A DNA stretch of 28,980 nucleotides. It comes from an uncultured Peptococcaceae bacterium (GTDB lineage Bacteria > Bacillota > Dehalobacteriia > UBA7702). How positions within the stretch are numbered: position 1 is the stretch's first letter; every line of letters starts with the position of its first letter. The notes under the pieces are model-generated. The model searched no databases, had not been told where the DNA came from, and was given only the letters and a program-made list of their open reading frames with translations. Shown in pieces: positions 17,932-27,106 of this stretch. Where the stretch lies: positions 1 through 28,980 of the forward strand of contig CALFRX010000275.1 in assembly GCA_937919295.1 (NCBI GenBank), in the 5' to 3' direction. Made by a program: the position numbers and the translations under genes.

Positions 17932-18029
17932 TAAGGCATCGTATCTTTTGCGCTCCAAGTGAAGACCGGATTCGACGTCTTGGTCAAAAAAGACGCGGCT
18001 CCGGCTGATAGGCGCTTTGTCGCAGGAGA

Positions 18030-18776
18030 TTAGTTTTTCTCAAGGGAAGCGATATTTCTTTGACGGAGGATCTCATAAATCATCACCCCCGCCGCCACCG
18101 AAGCATTCAGGGAGGGCACATGACCTTGCATAGGGATGGTCACTTTAAAATCGCAGTTTTGCAAAAGTAAACGAGGAATGCCCCGATCTTCGCCGCCGAT
18201 CACCAGCAACAGAGGGCCTTTCATCTCCTGCTGCCAGAGACAGCTTCCCTCCATCGCGGCGCCGTAAACCCAAAGTCCCTGGTTTTTCAGATCCTTCGTA
18301 GTCTGAACCAGGTTGGCGACGCGGGCCACAGGCAAATATTCCGTGGCGCCGGCAGCGGTTTTGGCCACAGTGGCGTTTAAACCGACGCTGTTGTTTTTGG
18401 GAATGATGATTCCGTGGGCGCCGGCGATCTCCGCCGTGCGCATGATCGCGCCGAGATTGTGGGGATCCTCCACTTCCGCCAACATCAGTAGGAAGGGATC
18501 CTCTCCTCTCGCCGCCGCCGCCGATAACATATCGTCAACTTCAGCGTATTCATAAGCGGCCACAGCGCCGATCACACCCTGATGGTTGCCGCAATATAGT
18601 GCGTCAAGTTTCTTTTTGGGCACCCGTTGAATGGGAATACCCGCCGCTTTTGCTTTGGCCAGAATCTCTTTGAGGGAGCCTTCGGTTTTTCCTTCGCCGA
18701 CATAGAGTTTGATAAAACTGCGCCCCGCTTTCAGCGCTTCCGCTACGCCGTTCCGGCCGGGAATATATTCGTTCAT
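18030..18776 (-). CDS. rlmB: 23S rRNA Gm2251 methyltransferase RlmB (TrmH/SpoU family)
   Basis: GRNGVAEAL, HQGVIG, EDPHNLGAIMRTA, VIGGEDRG and SLNASVAAG motifs. Confidence 0.95.
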   Translation of the reverse strand: MNEYIPGRNGVAEALKAGRSFIKLYVGEGKTEGSLKEILAKAKAAGIPIQRVPKKKLDALYCGNHQGVIGAVAAYEYAEVDDMLSAAAARGEDPFLLMLAEVEDPHNLGAIMRTAEIAGAHGIIIPKNNSVGLNATVAKTAAGATEYLPVARVANLVQTTKDLKNQGLWVYGAAMEGSCLWQQEMKGPLLLVIGGEDRGIPRLLLQNCDFKVTIPMQGHVPSLNASVAAGVMIYEILRQRNIASLEKN

Positions 18777-19186
18777 TGGCTTTCCCCTCTTTCGTTGCGT
18801 ATATGGTCAAACAATAAACAAAAGATCGCGTCAAGGCGCTGCTGGTTACCGCTGAGCCACAAAGCCCCCACCAGCGCCTCCACACCGGTAGCATTGTGGT
18901 ATGCGGCAACGTTGCTGCTTTTGGGCTGATGACCCGTTTTGGCGTTGCGTCCGCGCTTCAGCACCGCCAATTCTTCCTCGGGAAGCCTGTCCGCAAGCAG
19001 CTGATAAAAATCGCTCTGAAATGTCGCCTTTACGTATTTCACCGCTTCTTTATGCAGTTCATCCGCCTTTTTGATGCCGCTTTTTAGCAGATAACGGCGG
19101 ACGGCCAGCTCATAAACGGCGTCACCGATATAGGCCAGAGTCAAGGAAGGCAAATTGACCGCCTCCTGCCAGCTCATTTCTTTCAT
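18773..19186 (-). CDS. mrnC: Mini-ribonuclease III
   Basis: LAYIGDAVYEL, KRGRNAK and YHNATGVEALVG motifs, located between cysS and rlmB. Confidence 0.95.
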   Translation of the reverse strand: MKEMSWQEAVNLPSLTLAYIGDAVYELAVRRYLLKSGIKKADELHKEAVKYVKATFQSDFYQLLADRLPEEELAVLKRGRNAKTGHQPKSSNVAAYHNATGVEALVGALWLSGNQQRLDAIFCLLFDHIRNERGESQ

Positions 19187-20643
19187 CCCCGAACCTTTTC
19201 CTTTTTCCAGCGGGGGCCTTGGGGCGTATCCTCAATGACGATACTTAGCTTTTTCAATTCGTCGCGAATAAAATCGGCGGTAGCCCAGTCCTTATGCTCT
19301 CTGGCGTTGGTACGCAGCGTCATCACCATGGCAAGCAGGCCGTTGGCAAGCGCGTCGCCGTTGGCGTCGGCTTCTTCCTCTTTGGGCACGATCACATCGA
19401 AAATCAAATCCATTTCGGCGAAAAAAGCCAAAACCGCTTTGAGGCCCTCAGCGGTGGTAGCGTCGCCGCCGAATTCCCTGTCGTTGACCATGGTATTGAC
19501 TTCTTTGCAGACATCAAAGACAGCTGCTAAGGCCAAAGACGTATTGAAATCGTCGTCCATGGCGTCGATGACCTTCGCCTTGCCTTCGTCGCAAATCTTG
19601 ATCAACGCTGCTTTTTTGCCGTCGTCACTGCCGCCTTCCTTGGTCAGGGCGCCGATTTTTGCTTCCACGGTACGGTAGGTGTTATGAATCCGGCTTAATG
19701 ACTTTTCCGCGGCCAGCAGTTTTTCACCGTCAAAATCGAGGGGACTTCTGTAATGGGTGGACATCAGATAAAAACGCACCACCGGGCCGGGGAACTCATC
19801 GAGGATTTCCCTTAAAAGACAGAAATTACAGAGGGACTTGGACATCTTTTCGCAGTTGATTGTAATGAAACCGTTATGGAGCCAGTAATGGGCGGATTCA
19901 CAGCAGTTTGCGCCTTCGCTTTGGGCAATTTCGTTTTCATGGTGGGGAAAAATCAAATCGGCGCCGCCACCGTGGATATCAAAGGTTTTACCGAGATACT
20001 TTGCGGACATGGCGGAGCATTCAATGTGCCAGCCGGGCCTTCCTTTGCCCCAGGGGCTATCCCAGGCGGGTTCCCCCGGTTTCGCCGCTTTCCAAAGGGC
20101 AAAATCAAGGGGATCCCGCTTTTGTTCCCCTACAGCAATCCTGACGCCGGCCTGCAATTCATCGAGGGAACGGCCGGATAATTTGCCGTAATCGGCGAAT
20201 CTACGCACTTCAAAGTAAACGTCGCCGTCCACTTCGTAAGCGAGGCCATGGTCGATGATCCTCTGCACCATACCGATAATGTCTTTCATATGCTCGGTAA
20301 CTCTGGGGTGAGCGTCGGCCTTTTTAATACCAAGTCGCGCGGCGTCTTCAAAATAAGCTTTGATGTACTTTTCCGCCAGGTCTTGGGGACTTAGCTTTTC
20401 TTCTTTGGCGCGGTTGATGATCTTATCGTCAACGTCGGTAAAATTTTGGACGTAAGTCACGGCGTAGCCCCGATAGGCAAAGTACCGACGAATCACGTCG
20501 AAGGCCACAAGGGGCCGGGCGTTGCCCAGGTGAATGTAGTTATAGGTGGTGGGGCCGCAGACATACATCTTGACTTTCCCCGGCTCCACCGGTACAAAAT
20601 CTTCTTTGCTGTTTTTCAGCGTGTTATAAACTCGAATCGCCAT
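19183..20643 (-). CDS. cysS: Cysteinyl-tRNA synthetase
   Basis: [59 protein letters not shown] and MDDDFNT motifs. Confidence 0.98.
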   Translation of the reverse strand: MAIRVYNTLKNSKEDFVPVEPGKVKMYVCGPTTYNYIHLGNARPLVAFDVIRRYFAYRGYAVTYVQNFTDVDDKIINRAKEEKLSPQDLAEKYIKAYFEDAARLGIKKADAHPRVTEHMKDIIGMVQRIIDHGLAYEVDGDVYFEVRRFADYGKLSGRSLDELQAGVRIAVGEQKRDPLDFALWKAAKPGEPAWDSPWGKGRPGWHIECSAMSAKYLGKTFDIHGGGADLIFPHHENEIAQSEGANCCESAHYWLHNGFITINCEKMSKSLCNFCLLREILDEFPGPVVRFYLMSTHYRSPLDFDGEKLLAAEKSLSRIHNTYRTVEAKIGALTKEGGSDDGKKAALIKICDEGKAKVIDAMDDDFNTSLALAAVFDVCKEVNTMVNDREFGGDATTAEGLKAVLAFFAEMDLIFDVIVPKEEEADANGDALANGLLAMVMTLRTNAREHKDWATADFIRDELKKLSIVIEDTPQGPRWKKEKVRG

Positions 20644-21289
20644 GATTTTTCTTCTCCTTTTCCCATGCCGCCTCTAAGGACTTCACACGATTCCTTAAAT
20701 CGCAGATGCAATCGTAGATGGGATCGCTCAGTTTGCCGTCCTCCACTTCGCCGCCTTCATACTTGACCCGGGAACCGTCTTTCACCACAATGCGGCCGGG
20801 CACCCCTACAACGGTGCAGTTATCCGGCACGTCGTTTAACACCACGGAACCGGCGCCGATTTTGGCGTTATTACCGATGGTGATGGACCCCAGCACAATG
20901 GCGTTGGAGCTGACCACCACGTTATGGCCGATGGTGGGATGACGTTTGCCCTGCTCCTTGCCGGTGCCGCCCAAAACGACACCTTTGTACAGCGTCACAT
21001 TTTCACCGATCACCGTCGTTTCTCCAATCACGATGCCCATGCCGTGGTCGATGAAAAAGCCCTCGGCGATTTCCGCGGCGGGGTGAATTTCCACGCCGGT
21101 CCAGGCACGGTTAAAAAAACTGATCAACTGGGCAAGATTCTTTCTGTTGTGCTTATAAAACCAATGGGCGCGTCGGTGCCGCCAAATGGCGTGCAGCCCC
21201 GGGCTGGTCAAAAAGACCATAAAGCGGGAAGTTGCCGCCGGGTCCCGGGCCATCACGGCATCGATATCCCGTTTCATTCTCTGGAACAT
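20624..21289 (-). CDS. cysE: Serine O-acetyltransferase
   Basis: RDPAA, PGLHAI, TGVEIHPAA, FFIDHGMGIVIGET, LGGTGKEQGKRHPT and hexapeptide repeats. The start is placed at ATG 21289, 7 nt after GGAGG. Confidence 0.97.
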   Translation of the reverse strand: MFQRMKRDIDAVMARDPAATSRFMVFLTSPGLHAIWRHRRAHWFYKHNRKNLAQLISFFNRAWTGVEIHPAAEIAEGFFIDHGMGIVIGETTVIGENVTLYKGVVLGGTGKEQGKRHPTIGHNVVVSSNAIVLGSITIGNNAKIGAGSVVLNDVPDNCTVVGVPGRIVVKDGSRVKYEGGEVEDGKLSDPIYDCICDLRNRVKSLEAAWEKEKKNHGDSSL

Positions 21290-21331
21290 AGCCATCCCTC
21301 CATTTCAATCCACGCAAGCGTGGAGGAAATA

Positions 21332-21565
21332 AAATAGGCCCCGCCCGTTCAGAGACGGGGGGGACCGTGGTTCCACTCTGCTCGCGGCGAAAACACACCG
21401 CACTCAAAACCCTTAACGCGGGAAACGTTCCGCCCTACCGAATTTCAGGCGAACAGCTAAGGAGTGCACTTTGGCAAAATCAGCGCTTAAAACCGCTTGC
21501 AGCCGATGGCGGTTTCTCTCTGAAAGCTGTGTTTTGCCTACTCTCTCCCTCAAGGCCTTTGCTAT
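21332..21565 (-). promoter_or_regulatory. Cys-specific T-box riboswitch with transcription terminator
   Basis: On the minus strand: AG box CAGAGAG, GGCTGCAA loop, specifier TGC (21466-21468), T-box GAGTGGAACCACG (21366-21378), and terminator stem 21337-21366 followed by TATTTTATTT. Confidence 0.92.
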
Positions 21566-21576
21566 AGAATATAACT

Positions 21577-21605
21577 ACTTTATCAAATCCCGCCCCCCTT
21601 GTCAA
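21577..21605 (-). promoter_or_regulatory. Sigma-A promoter of the T-box/cysE operon
   Basis: TTGACA-N17-TAAAGT immediately upstream of the T-box. Confidence 0.8.
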
Positions 21606-21751
21606 GACCAGAGAAAAGCGCGCTTTTGTCATCTATCATCTTATGCGAAAATAGTAAATCGGTGCTGTTTTTCATAACTTTAAAAAACCAATTGATTCTC
21701 CGCAATGCAACAAAGAAATCATTGAAACGGCAAAAATAAAGGAATAAAAGA

Positions 21752-21780
21752 TTGTATATATTGTTGGCTTAGGATATAAT
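21752..21780 (+). promoter_or_regulatory. Putative sigma-A promoter of the cas operon
   Basis: TTGTAT-N17-TATAAT in the AT-rich region upstream of cas3. Confidence 0.6.
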
Positions 21781-21950
21781 TTTATTATAAGTGTAAATTA
21801 TTGTCATCTTTTAACAGGAAACATGAACAATGATGAGACTACACATCAATACCCCATATTATTTTCTTTTAAAGAATCAGTCGAATGGTGCCTTTTTGGT
21901 GCATGTCCTCTGATATCATCATATAAAACAATAAAATAGCTGGAGAAAAT

Positions 21951-22058
21951 ATGATTTACTACGCTCATAAACAAAAAGGCAAAGAGCCACAGACTGTATG
22001 CGAATATAGTAATAGTATTTGCTGCATCACCAAAATATTAGTTCAGGAGGCAGCTTAA
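21951..22058 (+). pseudogene. 35-codon ORF resembling a Cas3 HD-domain N-terminus (stub)
   Basis: GGAG RBS; MIYYAHKQKGKEPQTVCEYS... resembles the Cas3 start 'M.YYAH.......QT..EH'. Its stop TAA abuts the cas3 ATG in frame. Confidence 0.55.
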
Positions 22059-24425
22059 ATGTATATTTCGCGCATTGCAAAAGATGGTAGAGAGCAAACA
22101 ACGAAGCAACATCTACAAGACTCTGCCGATTATGCCTTTCATGTTGGGAAAAAGCTAGAGGCAGCAGAACTATGCCAAACAGCAACGTTATTCCATGACA
22201 TAGGGAAATTCTCATACCAATTTGTCAACTATCTCAGAGAGAGCTTTCACAATGAACAACATGGCGATAAGGCATATCAGAAGGGATCAGTTGTCCATTC
22301 TACCCAAGGAGCCAAATTCATATATCAATTGACCCAAAACAATACTGACATAATAGCGACTTTAACACGAGAAGTTTTATCCATATGCATTGCAAATCAT
22401 CATGGTGGTTTAATGGACGGAATCTCCCCCGATGGAGAAACTCCTTTACAAAACAGGCTTCAAAAAGAAGATGAACATCTTCATTATAACGAAATTATCA
22501 AAGCCGCGGAAGAAGATCAAATCCCAATGGATAAAGCATTAGATATGATCACACGTTGCGAGATCGAGATGAAAGATTTTATTGAGAAATGCAGAGTGAA
22601 TCATTTAAACATCGCCTTTATGATTCATCTCTTCACAAAAAGCATTTTTTCTTGCCTGGTAGACTCCGACCGTTACAATGCCTATTGTTTCGAAATTGAC
22701 AGGCCATCAAAGGCAGAAATAATAATGCCGCCATGGGGGGATTATGCCCAGCGTCTTGAACAGAAAATATCGACTTTTTCAGCCGACTCTGAGATCAACC
22801 GGATTCGTAGGGATATATCCGAAAAATGCCTTGCCGCCGCAAATCGACCCAAAGGAATCTACCGGCTTAACGTGCCTACGGGTGGAGGTAAAACTCTGTC
22901 TAGCTTACGTTTTGCCTTAAGTCATGCAAGAATTCATAAATTCGAACATGTAATCTATGTCATCCCTTACCTTTCAGTACTGGATCAAACAGCAAAAGAT
23001 ATGAAAGATGCTCTTCAGTTTCAACTGAATGACGGCTTCATTTTAGAGCATCATTCTAATTGGATTACCGGCGAAAACCAAGAAGAAGCTCAATCATACC
23101 GTCTCCTGACCGATCGCTGGGATGCCCCGATTGTCATTACAACGCTTGTACAATTTTTAGAAAGTATTTATTCGAGTAAAAGCAGTGATTTGCGCAAATT
23201 TCACAACATGGCCAACGCTGTATTTATATTCGATGAAGTGCAATCGCTACCCACAAAATGCACCTACCTTTTTAACGAGGCAATTAATTATCTTCATTAC
23301 TGTACCGGCTGTTCAATTTTACTGTGTACCGCAACTCAGCCACCGCTTAATAGAGCGGAAAGACCAATAAAGTTATCAAAACCGGAGGAATTGATTCAAG
23401 GCACACAGGAAGCTTTTAAAAAACTCAAGCGTACTACGATTATAGACAAAACGATCCCCGGTGGCTATAGCACAGAAGCACTGCAAACATTCGTGCTTGA
23501 AAAGTACCGGGAAGAGAAAAACTGTTTAATTATTTTGAATACAAAAAAAGATGCCGCCAAGCTTTATTTAGCGCTAAAAAAATATACCGATCAGAATGAA
23601 CAATTACAAGTTGAGCTAATTCATTTAAGCACCCAAATGTGTTCTGCACATCGTTTAGACCAAATCAAAAGAATAAAAGAGAGAAAGCAAAGAAATACCG
23701 TTTGCATTAGCACGCAACTAATCGAAGCAGGCGTTGATATTTCTTTTGGCTGCGTCATTCGCGCCATCGCCGGTCTTGACAGCATTGCCCAAGCCGCGGG
23801 GCGATGTAACCGCAACAGAGAAGACCCGAATGGGAAAAATGTTTATATCGTCAATATTGCAGATGAAAATATTTCTATGCTTCCGGACATTAAATGCGGT
23901 GCCGACATTACTTACCGCATCCTTAGAGAGGGAATATCCGATTTATTATCTTCAGCAGCCATGGAACGGTATTACAATGAATACTTCGAAAAGAAAAAAA
24001 ATCAAATGGCTTATCCAGTGGAAAAAATGGGTAATTTATACGATCTTTTATCAACCAATGGCAAAGGGGTTGGCGCATTTCATAATCAAAATAAAACACA
24101 GCTTCCTGCATTACACCAATCATTCCAAACAGCAGGAGAGCTATTCTCGGTAATCGAACAACGCACTACCAGCGTTTTAACCCCCTATGGAGAGGGCCTA
24201 ACGCTTGCTGAAGAATATAGAAAAGCAGATATTAATAACAGGTACAAGTTAATGCGTCAAATTGGTCGGTATTCCGTCTCCCTATACCCATATCAAATCA
24301 ACGAATTAAATAAAGGAGGTGCTTTATCCTTAATGGGAGATGACTTGCTTGTCATAGACGTTAATTACTACGATAAAAACCTCGGCATTATTTTGAATCC
24401 GGAACTTGAACCATTATTTTTGTAA
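22059..24425 (+). CDS. cas3: CRISPR-associated HD nuclease/helicase Cas3 (type I-C)
   Basis: LFHDIGKFS (HD), ANHHGGL, LVDSD, PTGGGKT, FDEVQ, CTATQ, STQLIEAGVDI and QAAGRCNR motifs. Confidence 0.97.
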   Translation: MYISRIAKDGREQTTKQHLQDSADYAFHVGKKLEAAELCQTATLFHDIGKFSYQFVNYLRESFHNEQHGDKAYQKGSVVHSTQGAKFIYQLTQNNTDIIATLTREVLSICIANHHGGLMDGISPDGETPLQNRLQKEDEHLHYNEIIKAAEEDQIPMDKALDMITRCEIEMKDFIEKCRVNHLNIAFMIHLFTKSIFSCLVDSDRYNAYCFEIDRPSKAEIIMPPWGDYAQRLEQKISTFSADSEINRIRRDISEKCLAAANRPKGIYRLNVPTGGGKTLSSLRFALSHARIHKFEHVIYVIPYLSVLDQTAKDMKDALQFQLNDGFILEHHSNWITGENQEEAQSYRLLTDRWDAPIVITTLVQFLESIYSSKSSDLRKFHNMANAVFIFDEVQSLPTKCTYLFNEAINYLHYCTGCSILLCTATQPPLNRAERPIKLSKPEELIQGTQEAFKKLKRTTIIDKTIPGGYSTEALQTFVLEKYREEKNCLIILNTKKDAAKLYLALKKYTDQNEQLQVELIHLSTQMCSAHRLDQIKRIKERKQRNTVCISTQLIEAGVDISFGCVIRAIAGLDSIAQAAGRCNRNREDPNGKNVYIVNIADENISMLPDIKCGADITYRILREGISDLLSSAAMERYYNEYFEKKKNQMAYPVEKMGNLYDLLSTNGKGVGAFHNQNKTQLPALHQSFQTAGELFSVIEQRTTSVLTPYGEGLTLAEEYRKADINNRYKLMRQIGRYSVSLYPYQINELNKGGALSLMGDDLLVIDVNYYDKNLGIILNPELEPLFL

Positions 24426-24437
24426 GGGGGGAATGCA

Positions 24438-25190
24438 ATGCGACATCGCAACACGGTTGAATTCACTGTTTTCGGGAAATATGCATTATTTTCCGATCCG
24501 ATCACAGGGGTAGGAGGTGAGAAGTTTTCTTACCAAATACCAACATATCAGGCCTTAAAGGGAATTCTTGAGAGCGTATACTGGAAGCCTACATTGATTT
24601 GGTATATTGACGAAGTGCGCGTTATGCATAAGATCCAGACGCAATCAAAAGGTATACGGCCGATAAAGTATAACTCTGGAGAAAACGAACTTGCTTATTA
24701 TACCTATCTAAAAGACGTTTGTTATCAGATCCGGGCACATTTCGAATGGAACCTGAACCGCCCCGAGCTCGCTGCTGATCGCAATGAAAACAAACATCAT
24801 CAAATTGCCCGGCGTATGATTGAACGTGGTGGCCGAAGAGATATTTTTCTTGGTACAAGAGAATGCCAGGGCTATGTTGAGCCGTGCGTTTTTGGCGAGA
24901 GTGCTAGCTTCTATGACAGCTATGGAGAGATTGATTTTGGAGTCATGGTTCATGGCTTTGACTATCCGGATGAAACTGGGAAAGATGAGATGTCCGTACG
25001 TTTATGGAAAAATGCTGTGATGAAAAATGGCAAAATTAATTTCCCATTGCCCACAGAGAATTCCGCTGAGATCTTAACAAGGTTTATCAAGCCGATGAAA
25101 AAGAAAGAATTTGTGCATAAAAAAAGCTTCCTTGGACTTGAGGAACAGGAGCTTAAGGAACTTCTTAACAAAGGAGGTGAGAAAACATGA
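24438..25190 (+). CDS. cas5: Type I-C Cas5 (Cas5d, crRNA-processing)
   Basis: GKYALFSDP...[45 protein letters not shown] and [12 protein letters not shown] motifs. Confidence 0.96.
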   Translation: MRHRNTVEFTVFGKYALFSDPITGVGGEKFSYQIPTYQALKGILESVYWKPTLIWYIDEVRVMHKIQTQSKGIRPIKYNSGENELAYYTYLKDVCYQIRAHFEWNLNRPELAADRNENKHHQIARRMIERGGRRDIFLGTRECQGYVEPCVFGESASFYDSYGEIDFGVMVHGFDYPDETGKDEMSVRLWKNAVMKNGKINFPLPTENSAEILTRFIKPMKKKEFVHKKSFLGLEEQELKELLNKGGEKT

Positions 25191-27106
25191 GTTGGATACA
25201 AAATCTCTGTAATACCTATGATGCCTGTCATGATATCGCGGGTATCGTTCCAAAAGATAACGGTGACACTCTGATTCCGTTGTGTCATACTGAAAAGAGA
25301 TTAAACTTCATTGTGCATTTGGATATGGAAGGGGTGTTCATTCGGGCAGAAAAGAATAATTCAAAGATTTGTATTCCCTGCACAGAGGAATCAGAAGGCA
25401 GAACAAGCAGAAGTGCAATTAACAAACCCCACCCCTTATTTGATATAAGGAAATATATTACCTATGAAAAGGGAAAAAGATATCTTGAGAACCAAAAAAA
25501 ATGGCTTGACTACTTATTGAAAAACCCCGAACATAACTTTGCTTTTACAATACTATCATCTGTCCATAGGTATATTTCTAAAAATAGTTTAATTGCTGAT
25601 CTGGCCTCTTATGTAAAATCGAAAGACGACTCATTTATAGGCTTTTGCGTAGAAGTCAACGGCGTGCTTGAAGATCGACTGTGGATGATGCCGGAAGTAC
25701 ATGATGCTTGGATTGATTATTATTTGAATGAATATCTGCCCACATCGCAAAAACCCACGGGTATTTGTTACGCAACAGGCAAGCCAGGCGTTGTATACAT
25801 TGAGAATCATCCTAAAAGCATCAATCGTCTTGCAGGAAATGCAAAACTGATTTCAGGAAACGATAAACAAAATTTCACATTCCGCGGTCGTTTTGATAAA
25901 TCCTCCGAGGCTGTCACTGTAAGTTATGAAGCCTCCCAAAGGACACATCAGACTCTGCGCTGGCTGATTGAGTCAAACAATTGCCACCGTTGCGGCACCC
26001 AAGCCATCATTGCATGGGCAGTTGATCACCAACCCGAAGTCCCTGACTTTTTTCAAAACAGCTACGAAATTTACGATGCACTTCCCAAAACCGATGCCGA
26101 AAAAATGATCAGCGCGCACAACCATGTATTTACAGATTATTCGTTAATGATGCGGGAGGCAATGGGGGGCTACGGGAGCCCGGATAGACTCCATCAACAC
26201 ACCCGTTGTATTGCCGTGATGGTCACAGATGCCACAACGAAAAATGCAGGGAGATTATCCATCACATATTATCGTGAATTATTTGAAAACGAGTATAAGG
26301 AGGATATCGATGTATGGCACAATACCTGTAAATGGTACCAACCGTTTGAAAAAAAGGTAGACAATAGCAAGGAGTCCGGCTATTTTATCGGGGCTCCTTC
26401 GATTACCCGTATCCAACATACAATACTGGGAAAACCTCGGTCAGAAAAAGATGCTTCGTATGAAAAACTTGCAAAAGGTCTTCGTGAACAAATAATTCAC
26501 TGTATTTTTGACGGGGGACAGATACCATCATCAATGGTAACTACAGCTATTTACCGCGCTTCCAATCCCCTCGCATTCGAAAACAAAAAAGCAAAAAATT
26601 ACCGTGACCACTGGCGGGAATGGGAATATGTGCTTAGCGCGGCTTGCGCATTAGTCAAACGCTATTATCATGATCATAAAAAGGAGGAGTTTGCGGTGAA
26701 ACTTGAAACAAAAAGAGATGATCGGGAGTATTTGTATGGAAGATTACTTGCCCTCGCGGATTCAATTGAATCTTTGGCAAGATTCAAACAAGGAAACTCA
26801 AAAAGTGATCCCCGTGCCACAAATGCTATTCGCTATATGACCATTTTCTCTCAAAGGCCATTGCGCACATGGAATATGTTAATCTCTCAACAACTGAACC
26901 CATATATTCGACAACTCAACGGGGCAAATTGGTATTTTAATAAAATTGAGGAAGTAAAAATTCTGTTCAAGCAAGGAGATTTTGAAAAAGATACTGCTCT
27001 TGACGGAAGGTACCTCCTAGGCTTTTTTGCACAAAGACAAGCAATTTGGGAAGAAAGAAAAAATAATAAAGGAGATAAACAAAATGAGTTTAACGAAAAA
27101 AGTTGA
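25187..27106 (+). CDS. cas8c: Type I-C large subunit Cas8c/Csd1
   Basis: [24 protein letters not shown]...[30 protein letters not shown] and YLYGRLLA motifs. Confidence 0.95.
   Translation: MSWIQNLCNTYDACHDIAGIVPKDNGDTLIPLCHTEKRLNFIVHLDMEGVFIRAEKNNSKICIPCTEESEGRTSRSAINKPHPLFDIRKYITYEKGKRYLENQKKWLDYLLKNPEHNFAFTILSSVHRYISKNSLIADLASYVKSKDDSFIGFCVEVNGVLEDRLWMMPEVHDAWIDYYLNEYLPTSQKPTGICYATGKPGVVYIENHPKSINRLAGNAKLISGNDKQNFTFRGRFDKSSEAVTVSYEASQRTHQTLRWLIESNNCHRCGTQAIIAWAVDHQPEVPDFFQNSYEIYDALPKTDAEKMISAHNHVFTDYSLMMREAMGGYGSPDRLHQHTRCIAVMVTDATTKNAGRLSITYYRELFENEYKEDIDVWHNTCKWYQPFEKKVDNSKESGYFIGAPSITRIQHTILGKPRSEKDASYEKLAKGLREQIIHCIFDGGQIPSSMVTTAIYRASNPLAFENKKAKNYRDHWREWEYVLSAACALVKRYYHDHKKEEFAVKLETKRDDREYLYGRLLALADSIESLARFKQGNSKSDPRATNAIRYMTIFSQRPLRTWNMLISQQLNPYIRQLNGANWYFNKIEEVKILFKQGDFEKDTALDGRYLLGFFAQRQAIWEERKNNKGDKQNEFNEKS
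26696..27106 (+). CDS. cas11: Cas11 small subunit translated from an internal start in cas8c (136 aa)
   Basis: Perfect AAGGAGG (26681-26687) 8 nt before an in-frame GTG; the product begins (M)[18 protein letters not shown]. An internal Cas11 is established for type I-C. Confidence 0.8.
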   Translation: MKLETKRDDREYLYGRLLALADSIESLARFKQGNSKSDPRATNAIRYMTIFSQRPLRTWNMLISQQLNPYIRQLNGANWYFNKIEEVKILFKQGDFEKDTALDGRYLLGFFAQRQAIWEERKNNKGDKQNEFNEKS

